A stretch of DNA of 64,000 bases from Solirubrobacteraceae bacterium (GCA_052147535.1 JBKQKK010000154.1:11595-75594); one strand, 5' to 3'; counted from the first letter of the stretch, positions 46,393-56,258 are shown. Numbers and translations: made by a program. The notes: generated from the sequence alone by a model not told the origin.

Positions 46393-46470
46393 GACCGTCA
46401 GCCTCCGACACTGCCGTGAGCCTGGCTTCGCGCGGCGTCCTGACCGTCAGCCTCTGACACTGCCGTGAGC
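46393..46470. repeat. 29-bp direct repeat (one mismatch) with a 20-bp spacer
   Basis: GACCGTCAGCCTC(C/T)GACACTGCCGTGAGC at 46393 and 46442; the second copy contains the ggt GTG start. Confidence 0.9.
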
Positions 46471-48024
46471 TCGGATCAACCTCTCGGCGTCGTGGCCGCC
46501 GGGCACGAGCTCAGTGCCCGCGCGGGAGCGGACGCGCTGCGTGCCGGCGGCAATGCCGTCGACGCCGCGCTGGGCGCGCTGCTGATGTCGTTCACTTGCG
46601 AGCCGCTGCTCACCGGCTTGGGCGCCGGGGGGTACATGCTGGTGATCGAGCCAGGACGGGCGCCGGTTGTCCTGGACTTCTTCGTCGAGGCGCCCGGGAG
46701 AGGTGCCGATCACAGCGCGCGCACCGAGCTGATTCCCGTGAGCGTCTCGTTCGGCGACGCCGTGCAGATCTTCAACGTCGGCCCCGCGTCGGTCGGCAGC
46801 TACGGCATGCCCGCCGGCGTCGCCCACGCCGGCGCCCGCTTCGGCCGGCTGCCGCTGTCGCAGCTCGTGGCGCCCGCGGTCGCGGACGCTCGCGCAGGTG
46901 TCACGCTGGTGCCCCAGCAGGCGTACGTTGTCGAGATACTGGAGGGCGTGGTCACCTCGACCCGCGAGGCCGCGGCGCTGTTCGCCCCCTACGGCGACCT
47001 GCTGCGCGCCGGCGACGTCATCGTACAGAACGAGCTCGCCGATGCGCTGGAGCTGCTCGGGGCCGAAGGGGCCGAGCCGTTCTACACGGGCGCGGTAGGG
47101 GCCGCGATCGTCGACTGGCTCGGCGCACGCGGCGGCATGCTGACGATGGATGATCTGTCGGCTTACGAGGTGATCGAGCGTGATCCCGTCCACGCCGTCT
47201 ACCGGGGCCGTGAAGTCGTGACCAATCCGCCGCCGTCGGCCGGAGGGATCTTGATCGCGCGCGCCCTGGGCATGCTCGACGCGAGGCCGTCACCGCCCAG
47301 CCTGGCAGACGTGATCGAGGCGATGCAGGCGACCCAGGCGGCACGCACGACGGAGTTCCTGGAGGGATTGAACGACCCGGAGTTCGTCAGGCGGTTCCTG
47401 ACGGCCGGCGGCGCGGCGAGCCGGCGAGCCGCCGCGCCGCCCGCAAACGGCAGCGGCACCGCTGCTCCGCTCGGATCGACCACCCATGTCGCGGTGATGG
47501 ACCGCGACGGGTGGGCTTGCTCTGTCACCTCGAGCAACGGCTCCAGCTCCGGCGTGATCGTGCCGGGCACGGGCGTGCATCTGAATAACATGCTGGGCGA
47601 GCAGGACCTCAACCCGCGCGGCTTTCACCAGCATCCGGTCGGCAGACGGCTGCCGAGCATGATGGCACCCACGGTGGTGCTGCGCGACGGCCGGCCCGAG
47701 CTCGTACTCGGAAGCGCGGGCTCCAACCGAATCCGCTCCGCGATCCTGCAGACGATCGTCCGGGTGCTCGACGACGGGCTGCGCGCGGGCGAGGCGGTGC
47801 AAGCGCCGCGCGCCCACTACGAGGACGGCACCGTCTACGTGGAGCCCGGAATCGACATTGGCCAGATCGACCTCACCCTGCACGCGCACGCGGAGTTCCG
47901 TGAACGCAACCTTTTCTTCGGCGGCGTCCAGGCGGTCGAGCGCGACGCCGACGGACGGCTCTGGGGTGGAGGCGATCCGCGCCGGGGCGGCGCGTCGATC
48001 GTGGTCTTCGATCGGGTTAGGTAA
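46465..48024 (+). CDS. ggt: Gamma-glutamyltransferase (no signal peptide)
   Basis: GGNAVDAA, TGLGAGGYML, NPPPSAGG, catalytic STTHVAV, LNNMLG, LPSMMAP, GSAGS, GGGDPRRGG. Confidence 0.93.
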   Translation: MSSDQPLGVVAAGHELSARAGADALRAGGNAVDAALGALLMSFTCEPLLTGLGAGGYMLVIEPGRAPVVLDFFVEAPGRGADHSARTELIPVSVSFGDAVQIFNVGPASVGSYGMPAGVAHAGARFGRLPLSQLVAPAVADARAGVTLVPQQAYVVEILEGVVTSTREAAALFAPYGDLLRAGDVIVQNELADALELLGAEGAEPFYTGAVGAAIVDWLGARGGMLTMDDLSAYEVIERDPVHAVYRGREVVTNPPPSAGGILIARALGMLDARPSPPSLADVIEAMQATQAARTTEFLEGLNDPEFVRRFLTAGGAASRRAAAPPANGSGTAAPLGSTTHVAVMDRDGWACSVTSSNGSSSGVIVPGTGVHLNNMLGEQDLNPRGFHQHPVGRRLPSMMAPTVVLRDGRPELVLGSAGSNRIRSAILQTIVRVLDDGLRAGEAVQAPRAHYEDGTVYVEPGIDIGQIDLTLHAHAEFRERNLFFGGVQAVERDADGRLWGGGDPRRGGASIVVFDRVR

Positions 48025-48116
48025 ACGCGCCCAGGCCGGATTCTGAGAAACCGCTTAGACGTTGGCGCCCGTCGCCCGTGCGCAGCTCCAGATCGCCCGC
48101 TACTGTTGCCGCGTCG

Positions 48117-49019
48117 ATGCTCGTCCTGGCCGCCGTCAAGATCACAACGCTGCAGGCGATAATCCTCGGGGCCCTGCAGGGCGTGACCGAGCTGTTTCCG
48201 ATCTCCAGCCTCGGCCACACGGTGATCTTCCCGAACCTGTTCGGGTGGCAGAACATTGTCGCCTGGCAGTCGCAGCCGGAGTCCCCGTGGCTGGCGCTCG
48301 TGGTGATGCTGCACGTCGGCAGCGCGGTTGGGCTGCTGATCTACTTCTGGCGCGACTGGATCGAGCTGATCAAGGCGTTCTTCGCGACCCTCACGAAGCG
48401 GCGTATCGAGACGCCGACCGAGCGACTCGCGTGGCTGATCATCTGCGCGACGATCCCGGTCGGGATCCTCGGGCTGCTGCTCGAGCACGTTGTCCGAGTC
48501 GCGCTCGCCAAGCCACTGTATGCGTCGATCTTCCTCGTGGTCAATGGCGTCATCCTGCTCGGTGCCGAGCGGCTGCGGCGGCGCAGCGAGGTCCGTGCGC
48601 TCGCGGCTCGCGAGGGAGCCAAGAGCGACGGTTCTCGCAAGCTCGACACGCTCGGTTTCAAGGAGGCGGCGGGGATCGGAGTCGCGCAGTCGACGGCCCT
48701 GATCGCCGGGATCAGCCGCGACGGGATGTGCATGAGCACCGGTCTCGTGCGGGGTCTCGATAACGCCGACGCGGCGCGCTTCGCGTTCCTGCTCGCGACG
48801 CCGCCGATCCTGCTGGCGGGGCTGCTGAAGTTGAGCGATCTCACCGGTCCTCTGGGCGACGGCGTGCGAGGCCCGGCGGTGATCGCAGCTGCCTCCGCTG
48901 CGGTCACAGCCGTGTTCACCGTCCACTTCCTCACGCGCTGGTTCAAGACGCGCACGCTCACCCCGTTCGGGATCTACTGCGTCGTGTTCGGGCTGGCGAT
49001 GGTGGCGTATAACGCTTGA
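48117..49019 (+). CDS. uppP: Undecaprenyl-diphosphate phosphatase (BacA)
   Basis: LQAIILGALQGVTELFPISSLGH, IAGISRDG, RFAFLLATP. Confidence 0.95.
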   Translation: MLVLAAVKITTLQAIILGALQGVTELFPISSLGHTVIFPNLFGWQNIVAWQSQPESPWLALVVMLHVGSAVGLLIYFWRDWIELIKAFFATLTKRRIETPTERLAWLIICATIPVGILGLLLEHVVRVALAKPLYASIFLVVNGVILLGAERLRRRSEVRALAAREGAKSDGSRKLDTLGFKEAAGIGVAQSTALIAGISRDGMCMSTGLVRGLDNADAARFAFLLATPPILLAGLLKLSDLTGPLGDGVRGPAVIAAASAAVTAVFTVHFLTRWFKTRTLTPFGIYCVVFGLAMVAYNA

Positions 49020-49081
49020 CGCAAGCTGTCGTCGCAGAATGTACCTGTTGCTACCAGTTGCGGCTTGTGACGCTCAGGTGA

Positions 49082-49708
49082 TCAGTTGAACCGCACTTTG
49101 CCGTTCGACCTCGCGCGAGCCTGAGCGCGCTCGACGAACTCCAGGCGTTTGAGCGCGGCGCGCAAGAGGCGCGCCAGCAACGCCAGCCGCGCGTTCTCCG
49201 ACCGCAGGTCCAGCAGCCCCTGTTTGGCGTCCAGGCCGAAGTCGACGGTCGCCGCCATCTCGTAGGCGCTCAGCTCCGCCAGTTCGCTGTCCTGCGGATC
49301 GCGGTCGGTGGCGCGGCGCACGAGGTCGCCGTAGACCGCGTGGGCGGCTTCGGCGAGCGCCTCGTCCGGCGGCTCGTCATGGTCACCGAGGAACTCGACG
49401 ATCCCGGCCGGATAGGCAAGGTGTCCCTGGCGCTCGAGCACTCGGAAAGGGCGCGTGCCGCGCGTGAGCAGATTCATCCGGCCGTCCTCCATCCGCTCCA
49501 GCACGCGCTCGATCCTGCAGGCGCAGCCGATCTCCCGTAAACCGTCATCGGACAACCAGAGGATCCCGAACTCGCTCTCTCGCGCCAGGCACTCGTTGAT
49601 CATCGTCTTGTAGCGCTCCTCGAAGATGTGCAGCGGCACCGCTTCGGTGGGCAGCGCCACGAGGCCCAGCGGAAACAGCGGGAAGTCGTGCGATAGGCGG
49701 TCGGGCAC
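49082..49708 (-). CDS. LON substrate-binding-domain protein
   Basis: FPLFPLGLVALP, PLHIFEERYKTMI, GTRPFRV; no ATPase or protease domain. Confidence 0.9.
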   Translation of the reverse strand: MPDRLSHDFPLFPLGLVALPTEAVPLHIFEERYKTMINECLARESEFGILWLSDDGLREIGCACRIERVLERMEDGRMNLLTRGTRPFRVLERQGHLAYPAGIVEFLGDHDEPPDEALAEAAHAVYGDLVRRATDRDPQDSELAELSAYEMAATVDFGLDAKQGLLDLRSENARLALLARLLRAALKRLEFVERAQARARSNGKVRFN

Positions 49709-49727
49709 CGTCGGTGCGCTCAGCCGC

Positions 49728-50648
49728 TCACGCGTGCCGGGCGGTCAGCAGCAGGTTGTAAAAGATCGCGGGTGGCAGGTGCGGTTCGAGTGCGCGCTCG
49801 TCCAGTCGCTGCAGCATCAGGTAGCCGTGAAACGCGTAGCGCCGCCAGAGCATCGGCACGTCGTCGGGGTTGGCGGTCGCCTCCAGCACCCGGTTGAACC
49901 ATCCGAACCAGCTCGCCGTGAGCTCCTCGCCTCGCACGTCGATGTCGACGAAGCCCGCGCGCCGGGAGAAGGTGTCGAGATCGCGGGGAGTGAAGGCATG
50001 GATGTCGACGAAATGCTCCATGTCGTGGTAAATCTCCTCAGCCGAGCCCGGCTGCGCCGGTGCCGGGGCTCGGCGGGCGTGCAGCAGCGCGCGCCAGGCC
50101 GGCGCCAGCAGCCTGGCCGACTGCTTGGGGACCCGCGCGAGCCTGTCGCCGAACCGCGAAGGCTCGCCGGCGAACGCAAGCCGTCCACCGGGTGCGAGCA
50201 CGCGGTGGAACTCGGCGAAAGCGCGCCGCAGGTCTGGCAGGTGGTGCAGCACCGCGTGTCCGAGCACGAGATCGAAGCTCTGGTCTCCGAACGGCAGCCG
50301 CTCCGCGTCGGCGCGTGCCGCGCGCACCCGCGTCAGGCCCAGGCGCGCGGCGTTCTCGCTCAGAGTGCTCACCATGCCAGGCGAGATGTCGGTGCAGGTC
50401 GCTTCGTGCAGGATGCCCGCCTGCACCAGGTTGAGGCTGAAGTAGCCGGTTCCGGCGCCGATCTCGAGAGCGCGATCGTAGCCGGCGTCGAGCTCGCGCC
50501 CGACCAGTTTGCGCATTTTGCCGAGCACCTGGTCCTGCCCGGTCTGGCCGAAGTCGATGCCCCACTTGGCGTCGTAGGTCGACGCTGCGACGTCGTGGTA
50601 GCGGGTGTTGACATCGCGGATCTCGTCGGGGGTGCGCAACGCGGGCAT
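49728..50648 (-). CDS. Class I SAM methyltransferase, Rv3038c-like
   Basis: YHDVAASTYDAKWGIDF, YDRALEIGAGTG, GHAVLHHLPD, AFAGEPS, FYNLLLTA, recalled as characteristic of mycobacterial Rv3038c. Confidence 0.85.
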   Translation of the reverse strand: MPALRTPDEIRDVNTRYHDVAASTYDAKWGIDFGQTGQDQVLGKMRKLVGRELDAGYDRALEIGAGTGYFSLNLVQAGILHEATCTDISPGMVSTLSENAARLGLTRVRAARADAERLPFGDQSFDLVLGHAVLHHLPDLRRAFAEFHRVLAPGGRLAFAGEPSRFGDRLARVPKQSARLLAPAWRALLHARRAPAPAQPGSAEEIYHDMEHFVDIHAFTPRDLDTFSRRAGFVDIDVRGEELTASWFGWFNRVLEATANPDDVPMLWRRYAFHGYLMLQRLDERALEPHLPPAIFYNLLLTARHA

Positions 50649-50675
50649 TATCGAGATCACATTACCCTGTCGTAC

Positions 50676-51443
50676 ATGGCTGTGAACGATTACGTTCAGC
50701 AGGACCAGCCCGCCGGGGTGCCGCCGCTGTCGCTGACTGGCGAGCGCACACTCCCCGACGTGCCGCTGGAGAACTACTGGTTCCGCCGTCATCTGGCCGT
50801 ATACGAGTGGATCGCGACGCGCGTCGCTGGCGGCCGCGTGCTCGACATGGCCTGCGGGGAGGGGTACGGCGCGGCCGTGATGGCGCGCTCGGCGGCAAGC
50901 GTCGTCGGTCTCGACGCGAACCTCGAGGCGCACGAGCACGCGCGCCTGCGCTACCAGTCGGCGAACCTGACCTTCGAGCGGGGAATGGTCGAGAACTGGG
51001 GCGAGCCCGGCAGCTTCGACGCGGTCGTGTTCCTACAGACGATCGAGCACGTGTTCGATCCGCCCGCGGTGCTCGCCCACCATCGCTCGCTGCTGGCACC
51101 CGGCGGCAGCATCTACGTCTCGACACCGAACCTGCTGACGATCGCGCCGCGGGGCGCCGAGAAATCCGCCAACCCGTGGCACATCAGGGAGTACCGCGCC
51201 GACGAGTTCCAGCGCCTCTGCGCCGCGGCGTTCCCGTCGGTTCAGATGCTCGGCCTGTTCCACGCGCGCAAGCTGCGAATCCACGCGCTCGCACTGGTGC
51301 TCGGCTGGGACCGTGTGCACCACGCGCTTGGGATCACGGACCGCTTCTATGACCGCTTCACGCCGGCGATCGCCACGCGCGACTTCGCGTTGCGCGGAAC
51401 GCGGCTCGACAAGGCGCTCGATTTCCTCGCGGTCTGCCGGTGA
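50676..51443 (+). CDS. Class I SAM methyltransferase, Rv3030-like
   Basis: LTGERTLPDVPLENYWFRRH, ACGEGYG, QTIEH, STPN, NPWHIREY. Confidence 0.9.
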   Translation: MAVNDYVQQDQPAGVPPLSLTGERTLPDVPLENYWFRRHLAVYEWIATRVAGGRVLDMACGEGYGAAVMARSAASVVGLDANLEAHEHARLRYQSANLTFERGMVENWGEPGSFDAVVFLQTIEHVFDPPAVLAHHRSLLAPGGSIYVSTPNLLTIAPRGAEKSANPWHIREYRADEFQRLCAAAFPSVQMLGLFHARKLRIHALALVLGWDRVHHALGITDRFYDRFTPAIATRDFALRGTRLDKALDFLAVCR

Positions 51444-52909
51444 CGGTGAGCGCATCACAACCCCGTTGGCCGGCGAGCGCGTCAGGAGCCGGTCAGGCGG
51501 TGGGGGCACTACGCCCTCGCGAGGAACCCGGCGAGCTGGCGATCGTCCTGCACACCCACATGCCCTACGTGGAGGGCTTCGGGAGCTGGCCGTTCGGGGA
51601 GGAGTGGCTGTGGGAGGCGATCGCCACCTGCTACCTGCCGTTGCTCGACCAGCTGGGACGCGCGCCGCTGACGCTCTCGCTGACGCCGGTGCTGTGCGAT
51701 CAACTCGGCTCACGCGCGGCGATCGATCGCTGCCTGCAGTTCCTGCGAGACGTTCGCCCCGCCTCGCACACGCTGGACATCGCAGTCGCCCGCAGGGCGG
51801 GAGACGATCAGGCGATCGCCGAGCTCGAGCGCTCGGCTGCGGAGTACGCGGCGGCCGCCGAGCGGCTCGCGCAGCTGCAGCGATCAGGCGGCGGGCTGAT
51901 GGCGGCGCTCGGCGAGCACGCCACGTGGACCTCCTCTGCGACTCACGCGATCCTGCCGCTGGTCGTGACGGATGCCGGGATCGCGCTGCAGCTGCACACC
52001 GGAATCAGCTCCCACCGGCGCCGGTTTGACAACTGGGAAGGCGGTTTCTGGCTGCCGGAATGCGCGTATGCGCCGTGGCTGAACGTGCCTTTGGAGCAGT
52101 CCGGCGTGAGTGCGACGTGCGTCGAGCTGACAAACTTCTTCGGACTCGGCGATCGCCGTCACTTGCAAGCGCTGCTGACCGACGAAGGGCCGCTGCTGTG
52201 GCCGGTGGATCGCCAGGTCATGGCGCTCCCCTGGGGCAAGGACGGCTATCCGGCGCGGGCCGCCTACCGCGATTACCGCGCGCTCACTCCGCGCCACCAT
52301 CATGTCCTGGGTAACGACGGCGAACCGTACGACTTCAGGCGGGCACTGGCGCAGACGGTGCTCGATGCGCGCGACTTCGTGCACCGCGTCGGTGAGCGCG
52401 TGGCGCAGGGCGGCGTGTGTGTGTGCGCGCTGGACACCGAGCTGCTCGGCCACTGGTGGTACGAGGGGGTGCACTGGTTGTCGGCGGTGATCGACGAGGC
52501 CCAGCGGAAGGGGCTCGCGCTGAGCACCCTCGATGATGCTCGTGAGCGGCACAAGCCTGCTCCGGCGGGTGCGAACCTGCCGGTCACGAGCTGGGGAATT
52601 GGCAACGATCTGCGCACGTGGAGCGGGCCCGCCAGCGCCGCGTTCGCGTGGCAGATGCGCAAGGCGGAATTGACAGTGCTCGCAAAGGGCGCGCGACCCA
52701 GCGACCGCGCGCTGCGCGAGCTGATCGCGTTGCAGGCGAGCGACTGGGCTTTTCTACACTCCTACGGCTGGGCCGCCGACTACCCGCGCGAGCGGGCCGA
52801 CGGCCACGCCGCGGAGCTGCACCGGGCGCTCGCCGGCGGCGCGCCGGGCGCGAGCGGAGATCAGGCGCTGCGCACTCTGGCGCCGCAGCTGGTTGGCTGG
52901 GAAGGCTGA
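51440..52909 (+). CDS. GH57 1,4-alpha-glucan branching enzyme, Rv3031-like
   Basis: VLHTHMPYV, WPFGEEWL, nucleophile WLPECAY, acid/base DTELLGHWWYEG, LQASDWAF. Confidence 0.92.
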   Translation: MTVSASQPRWPASASGAGQAVGALRPREEPGELAIVLHTHMPYVEGFGSWPFGEEWLWEAIATCYLPLLDQLGRAPLTLSLTPVLCDQLGSRAAIDRCLQFLRDVRPASHTLDIAVARRAGDDQAIAELERSAAEYAAAAERLAQLQRSGGGLMAALGEHATWTSSATHAILPLVVTDAGIALQLHTGISSHRRRFDNWEGGFWLPECAYAPWLNVPLEQSGVSATCVELTNFFGLGDRRHLQALLTDEGPLLWPVDRQVMALPWGKDGYPARAAYRDYRALTPRHHHVLGNDGEPYDFRRALAQTVLDARDFVHRVGERVAQGGVCVCALDTELLGHWWYEGVHWLSAVIDEAQRKGLALSTLDDARERHKPAPAGANLPVTSWGIGNDLRTWSGPASAAFAWQMRKAELTVLAKGARPSDRALRELIALQASDWAFLHSYGWAADYPRERADGHAAELHRALAGGAPGASGDQALRTLAPQLVGWEG

Positions 52910-52979
52910 TGGCGCGCGCGCCCGCTCGCGCGCGCCCGCTCGCGTCCCCTCCGCGGGCGCGCTGGCGTGCGCCCCCCGG

Positions 52980-53001
52980 CGCGGGCGGCGCGCCGCCCGC
53001 G
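52980..53001. terminator. Perfect GC palindrome between convergent genes
   Basis: CGCGGGCGGCGCGCCGCCCGCG. Confidence 0.55.
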
Positions 53002-53004
53002 CGG

Positions 53005-53682
53005 CTATGACCAGCGGAACGTGAGCGGCGCCTTGCGCATCCTGATCAGGCGTGCGGGCACGCCGCCGACGACCGCGTTGTCCGGAACGTCGTGGGTGAC
53101 CACCGCGTTGGTGCCGATTACCGTGTTGTCCCCGACCTGGACGCCGCGCAGAACGCAGGCGCCGTAGCCCATCCAGACGTTGTTGCCGACGTTCACGTCG
53201 CGCTTGTAGATCCCCTGCAGGCGAACGGGCTCCTCCGTCTGCGCCGTGTGGTGATCGAAGTCGATCAGCATCACGCGGTCGGCGATGATGCACTCGCGCC
53301 CGATCGCGACGTGCTGGTAGCAGGAGATCGTGCATTCCTGACCGAGCACCGACTTGGCGCCGATCGAAACGGTGCCCTCGTGCGCGCGAACCTTGGAGTC
53401 GTGGCCGATCCACACCCAGCGGCCGAGCTCGACGCGGGCGCCGCGGCCGATCTCGAACTTAACGCCCGGGCAGATGAAGCACAACCCGTCGGTCACCAGC
53501 CGCCCGCGCCAGCGTAGCTTCAGGTAGACCCACTTTGAGATCAGCCGCACGTATCCCCACCGGAACATGTTGTGCTTGCGGGCGAAACGCAGGAACTCGA
53601 ATGGTCCGCCCCGATGCGGCCGAGGCGGCGTGCGCAGCTCCTGCGTCGGCGCCGGCGCCTTATTCACACTGGTCAATGACAC
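53005..53682 (-). CDS. Hexapeptide-repeat acyltransferase, Rv3034c-like
   Basis: LGRWVWIGHDSKVRAHEG, MLIDFDH, QGIYK, VVGGVPAR. Confidence 0.9.
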   Translation of the reverse strand: MSLTSVNKAPAPTQELRTPPRPHRGGPFEFLRFARKHNMFRWGYVRLISKWVYLKLRWRGRLVTDGLCFICPGVKFEIGRGARVELGRWVWIGHDSKVRAHEGTVSIGAKSVLGQECTISCYQHVAIGRECIIADRVMLIDFDHHTAQTEEPVRLQGIYKRDVNVGNNVWMGYGACVLRGVQVGDNTVIGTNAVVTHDVPDNAVVGGVPARLIRMRKAPLTFRWS

Positions 53683-53715
53683 CGCCGAATCGTAATCGTC
53701 ATCATGCTCATCCCG

Positions 53716-54681
53716 ATGACCGATGCAACCAAATCACTTGCAAGCAGGCTTTTGGACGGAGACCGACGCGCGCTTGCGCGCGGGATCACGCTCGTGGAGG
53801 ACGACACGCCCGAGGGCTGGGATCTGATCCGCGAGATCTATCCGCATAGCGGCCGCGCCGCGATCATCGGTCTCACAGGCCCTCCCGGCGCGGGCAAGTC
53901 GACGCTGATCGGAGCGCTGACGGCGCTGCAGCGCGCTTGTGGTCGGTCGGTCGCGGTGCTCTCGATCGACCCCTCCTCGCCGTTCACCAAGGGAGCGCTG
54001 CTCGGCGACCGGATCCGCCTCACCGACCACTTCCTCGACCCCGGCGTGTTCATCCGCTCGATGGCCAATCGCGGCGCGCTCGGCGGGCTCAGCGAGGCGA
54101 CCCTCCAGGCAGCGCTGCTGATGGACGCGTCGGGCCGCGACGTGGTGCTGCTCGAGACGGTCGGCGTCGGCCAGGCTGAGATCGACATCATCGACCACGC
54201 CGACACGGTCGTATTGGTCCTGGTGCCGGGCTCGGGTGACTCGATTCAGGCGCTCAAGGCCGGCGTGATGGAGATTCCCGACATCATCGTCATCAACAAG
54301 GCCGAGCACGCGCTCGCCGACACGATGATCCGCGAGATCCGCAGCGTGCTGGCGCTGGGCCCGCGCGAAGGCTGGCGGGTTCCGGTGCTCAAGACCGAGG
54401 CGTTGCGCGGCGCGGGCATCGAGGAGCTCGCCGACGCGCTTGCTGAGCATCATGCCTTCATCGAGGCGGAGGGTACGCTGTCCGAGCGGCGGCGGCGCAA
54501 CCTCCGCAACGAGGTGCTCGCGATCGCGACGGCGCGCATGCGCCGCGAGCTGGAGGCCGCGATCGCCGCCGATCCGCAGGTCAAGGAACTGCTCGACCGT
54601 GTGGTCGCCCGCGAGCTCGATCCGGCCAGTGCCGCCACCGAGATCCTCCGCGCGCGCACCGGGTTGGCGCACTCGAGCTAA
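53716..54681 (+). CDS. meaB: Methylmalonyl-CoA mutase-associated GTPase MeaB
   Basis: GLTGPPGAGKST, IDPSSPFTKGALLGDRIR, RSMANRG, ETVGVGQ, VINKA. Confidence 0.95.
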   Translation: MTDATKSLASRLLDGDRRALARGITLVEDDTPEGWDLIREIYPHSGRAAIIGLTGPPGAGKSTLIGALTALQRACGRSVAVLSIDPSSPFTKGALLGDRIRLTDHFLDPGVFIRSMANRGALGGLSEATLQAALLMDASGRDVVLLETVGVGQAEIDIIDHADTVVLVLVPGSGDSIQALKAGVMEIPDIIVINKAEHALADTMIREIRSVLALGPREGWRVPVLKTEALRGAGIEELADALAEHHAFIEAEGTLSERRRRNLRNEVLAIATARMRRELEAAIAADPQVKELLDRVVARELDPASAATEILRARTGLAHSS

Positions 54682-54764
54682 GGGCCGGCGGTCAAATTCC
54701 CGCACTGATTTCCCGCGGGCCCCAAGACGGCGCCCGAGCCAGTGCCGACCTGTAGGCTGCGACC

Positions 54765-56258
54765 ATGTCAGAGCAGATCGATCGTCGCTCGTTCCTCGCT
54801 TCGGCCGGTATTGGTGCTGTGTCGCTCGCGCTTGGCACTGGGATCGCTGACTCCCGTCCCTTGCGCCGAGCGCTGAGCAAGCCCACGCCGGGATCGCTCG
54901 CGCGAGCGATCCGCGGCCAGGTGATCGCGCCCGGCTCGCCGGGGTTTGCCTCGGCCGCGCATGTCTACAACGAGGCCTTCGACTACGTCAAGCCGTTCGC
55001 GGTCGCGCGGCCTCTCAGCGCCGCCGATGTGCAGGCAGCGGTGCGCTGGGCGGTGGCTAACAGCGTGCCGATGCGCGCGCGGGGGGGCGGGCACAGCTAC
55101 GCGGGCTACTCAACGCTGTCGGGCGGGGTCGTGCTCGACCTGCGCCAGCTCAAGGCGATCTCGGTCAACCGGGCGACCGGGACCGCCACGGTCGGCGCCG
55201 GCGTGCAGCTGATCGACCTGTACGCGGCGCTGGCCGCGTACGGTGCGACGGTCCCAGCGGGCTCTTGCCCGTCGGTCGGGGTTGCCGGTCACGCGCTCGG
55301 CGGCGGCATGGGTCTCGCCGGCCGGAACCTCGGGCTTGCGTCCGACAGCCTGCTCGCCGCGCAGATCGCGACCGCCGACGGCCGGCTGCGCACCGTCAAT
55401 GCGCGCACCGATCCCGACCTGCTGTGGGCGTTGCGTGGCGGCGGGGGCGGGAACTTCGGCGTGGTCACGCAGTTCACCTTCCGGATTCACCCGATTCCTG
55501 CTCGAGCCGCCTACTTCTTCGTCAACTTCCCCTGGTCCTCGGCCGCCGACGCGATCGAGGCGTGGCTGTCGTGGGCGCCACACACTACCCAGCTGGCGAC
55601 CTCGATCCTGCATCTGAGCGCCGGCGCCGGCTCCACCTCGGTCGATGTCACCGGCCAGTACTTCGGACCATCCTCGGCGCTCGGCCCGGTGCTGGCGCCG
55701 CTGCGGCAGGTTCCGGGGGTCTCGATCTTCACCGGCGATCAGGACTATCTCGGCCTGCAGCTGCGCTGGGCCGGCTGCCTGACCACGCCGATCGCGCAGT
55801 GTCACACGGTCGGCACGGCGCCGTTCGGCACGCTTCCGCGGGCCGATTTCAACGCCAAATCCGATTACGTCGCGAAGCCGTTTCCCGTCGCTGCCCGCAA
55901 CCTGCTGGTCGGAGCGACCGAGCGTCGCGCCTCGCTCCCCGGCTCGGGTGCGATCCTGTTCGATTCCTACGGCGGCGCGATCAACCGCGTGCATCCGAAC
56001 GCGACCGCTTTCGTGCACCGTGACCAGCTGTCCTGCATCCAGTACCTCACGTACAACGACTCGAGCCAGTGGATCGGGCAGACGTGGGCGAGCATGCGCC
56101 CCTACGTGTCCGGGACGGCGTACCAGAACTACATCGACGCGCGGCAGCCCAACTGGCAGCACGCGTACTACGCCGGCAATTACGCGCGGCTCGAGGCCAC
56201 CCGCGAACGCGTCGACCCCGACCACCGCTTCAACTTCCCGCAGGCGATCGGTCGCTGA
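54765..56258 (+). CDS. Tat-exported FAD-linked oxidase (berberine-bridge-enzyme-like)
   Basis: DRRSFL twin-arginine signal; RGGGHSY, GSCPSVG, LLWALRGGGGGNFGVVT, AYQNYID, DPDHRF. Confidence 0.92.
   Translation: MSEQIDRRSFLASAGIGAVSLALGTGIADSRPLRRALSKPTPGSLARAIRGQVIAPGSPGFASAAHVYNEAFDYVKPFAVARPLSAADVQAAVRWAVANSVPMRARGGGHSYAGYSTLSGGVVLDLRQLKAISVNRATGTATVGAGVQLIDLYAALAAYGATVPAGSCPSVGVAGHALGGGMGLAGRNLGLASDSLLAAQIATADGRLRTVNARTDPDLLWALRGGGGGNFGVVTQFTFRIHPIPARAAYFFVNFPWSSAADAIEAWLSWAPHTTQLATSILHLSAGAGSTSVDVTGQYFGPSSALGPVLAPLRQVPGVSIFTGDQDYLGLQLRWAGCLTTPIAQCHTVGTAPFGTLPRADFNAKSDYVAKPFPVAARNLLVGATERRASLPGSGAILFDSYGGAINRVHPNATAFVHRDQLSCIQYLTYNDSSQWIGQTWASMRPYVSGTAYQNYIDARQPNWQHAYYAGNYARLEATRERVDPDHRFNFPQAIGR

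Noticed and set aside
43583-46460. parS sites or parB near parA
   Set aside because: No GTTTCACGTGAAAC-like palindrome or ParB ORF was seen by eye.
46393-46470. CRISPR array
   Set aside because: Only two repeats, a 20-bp spacer, no cas genes, and one copy overlaps a start codon.
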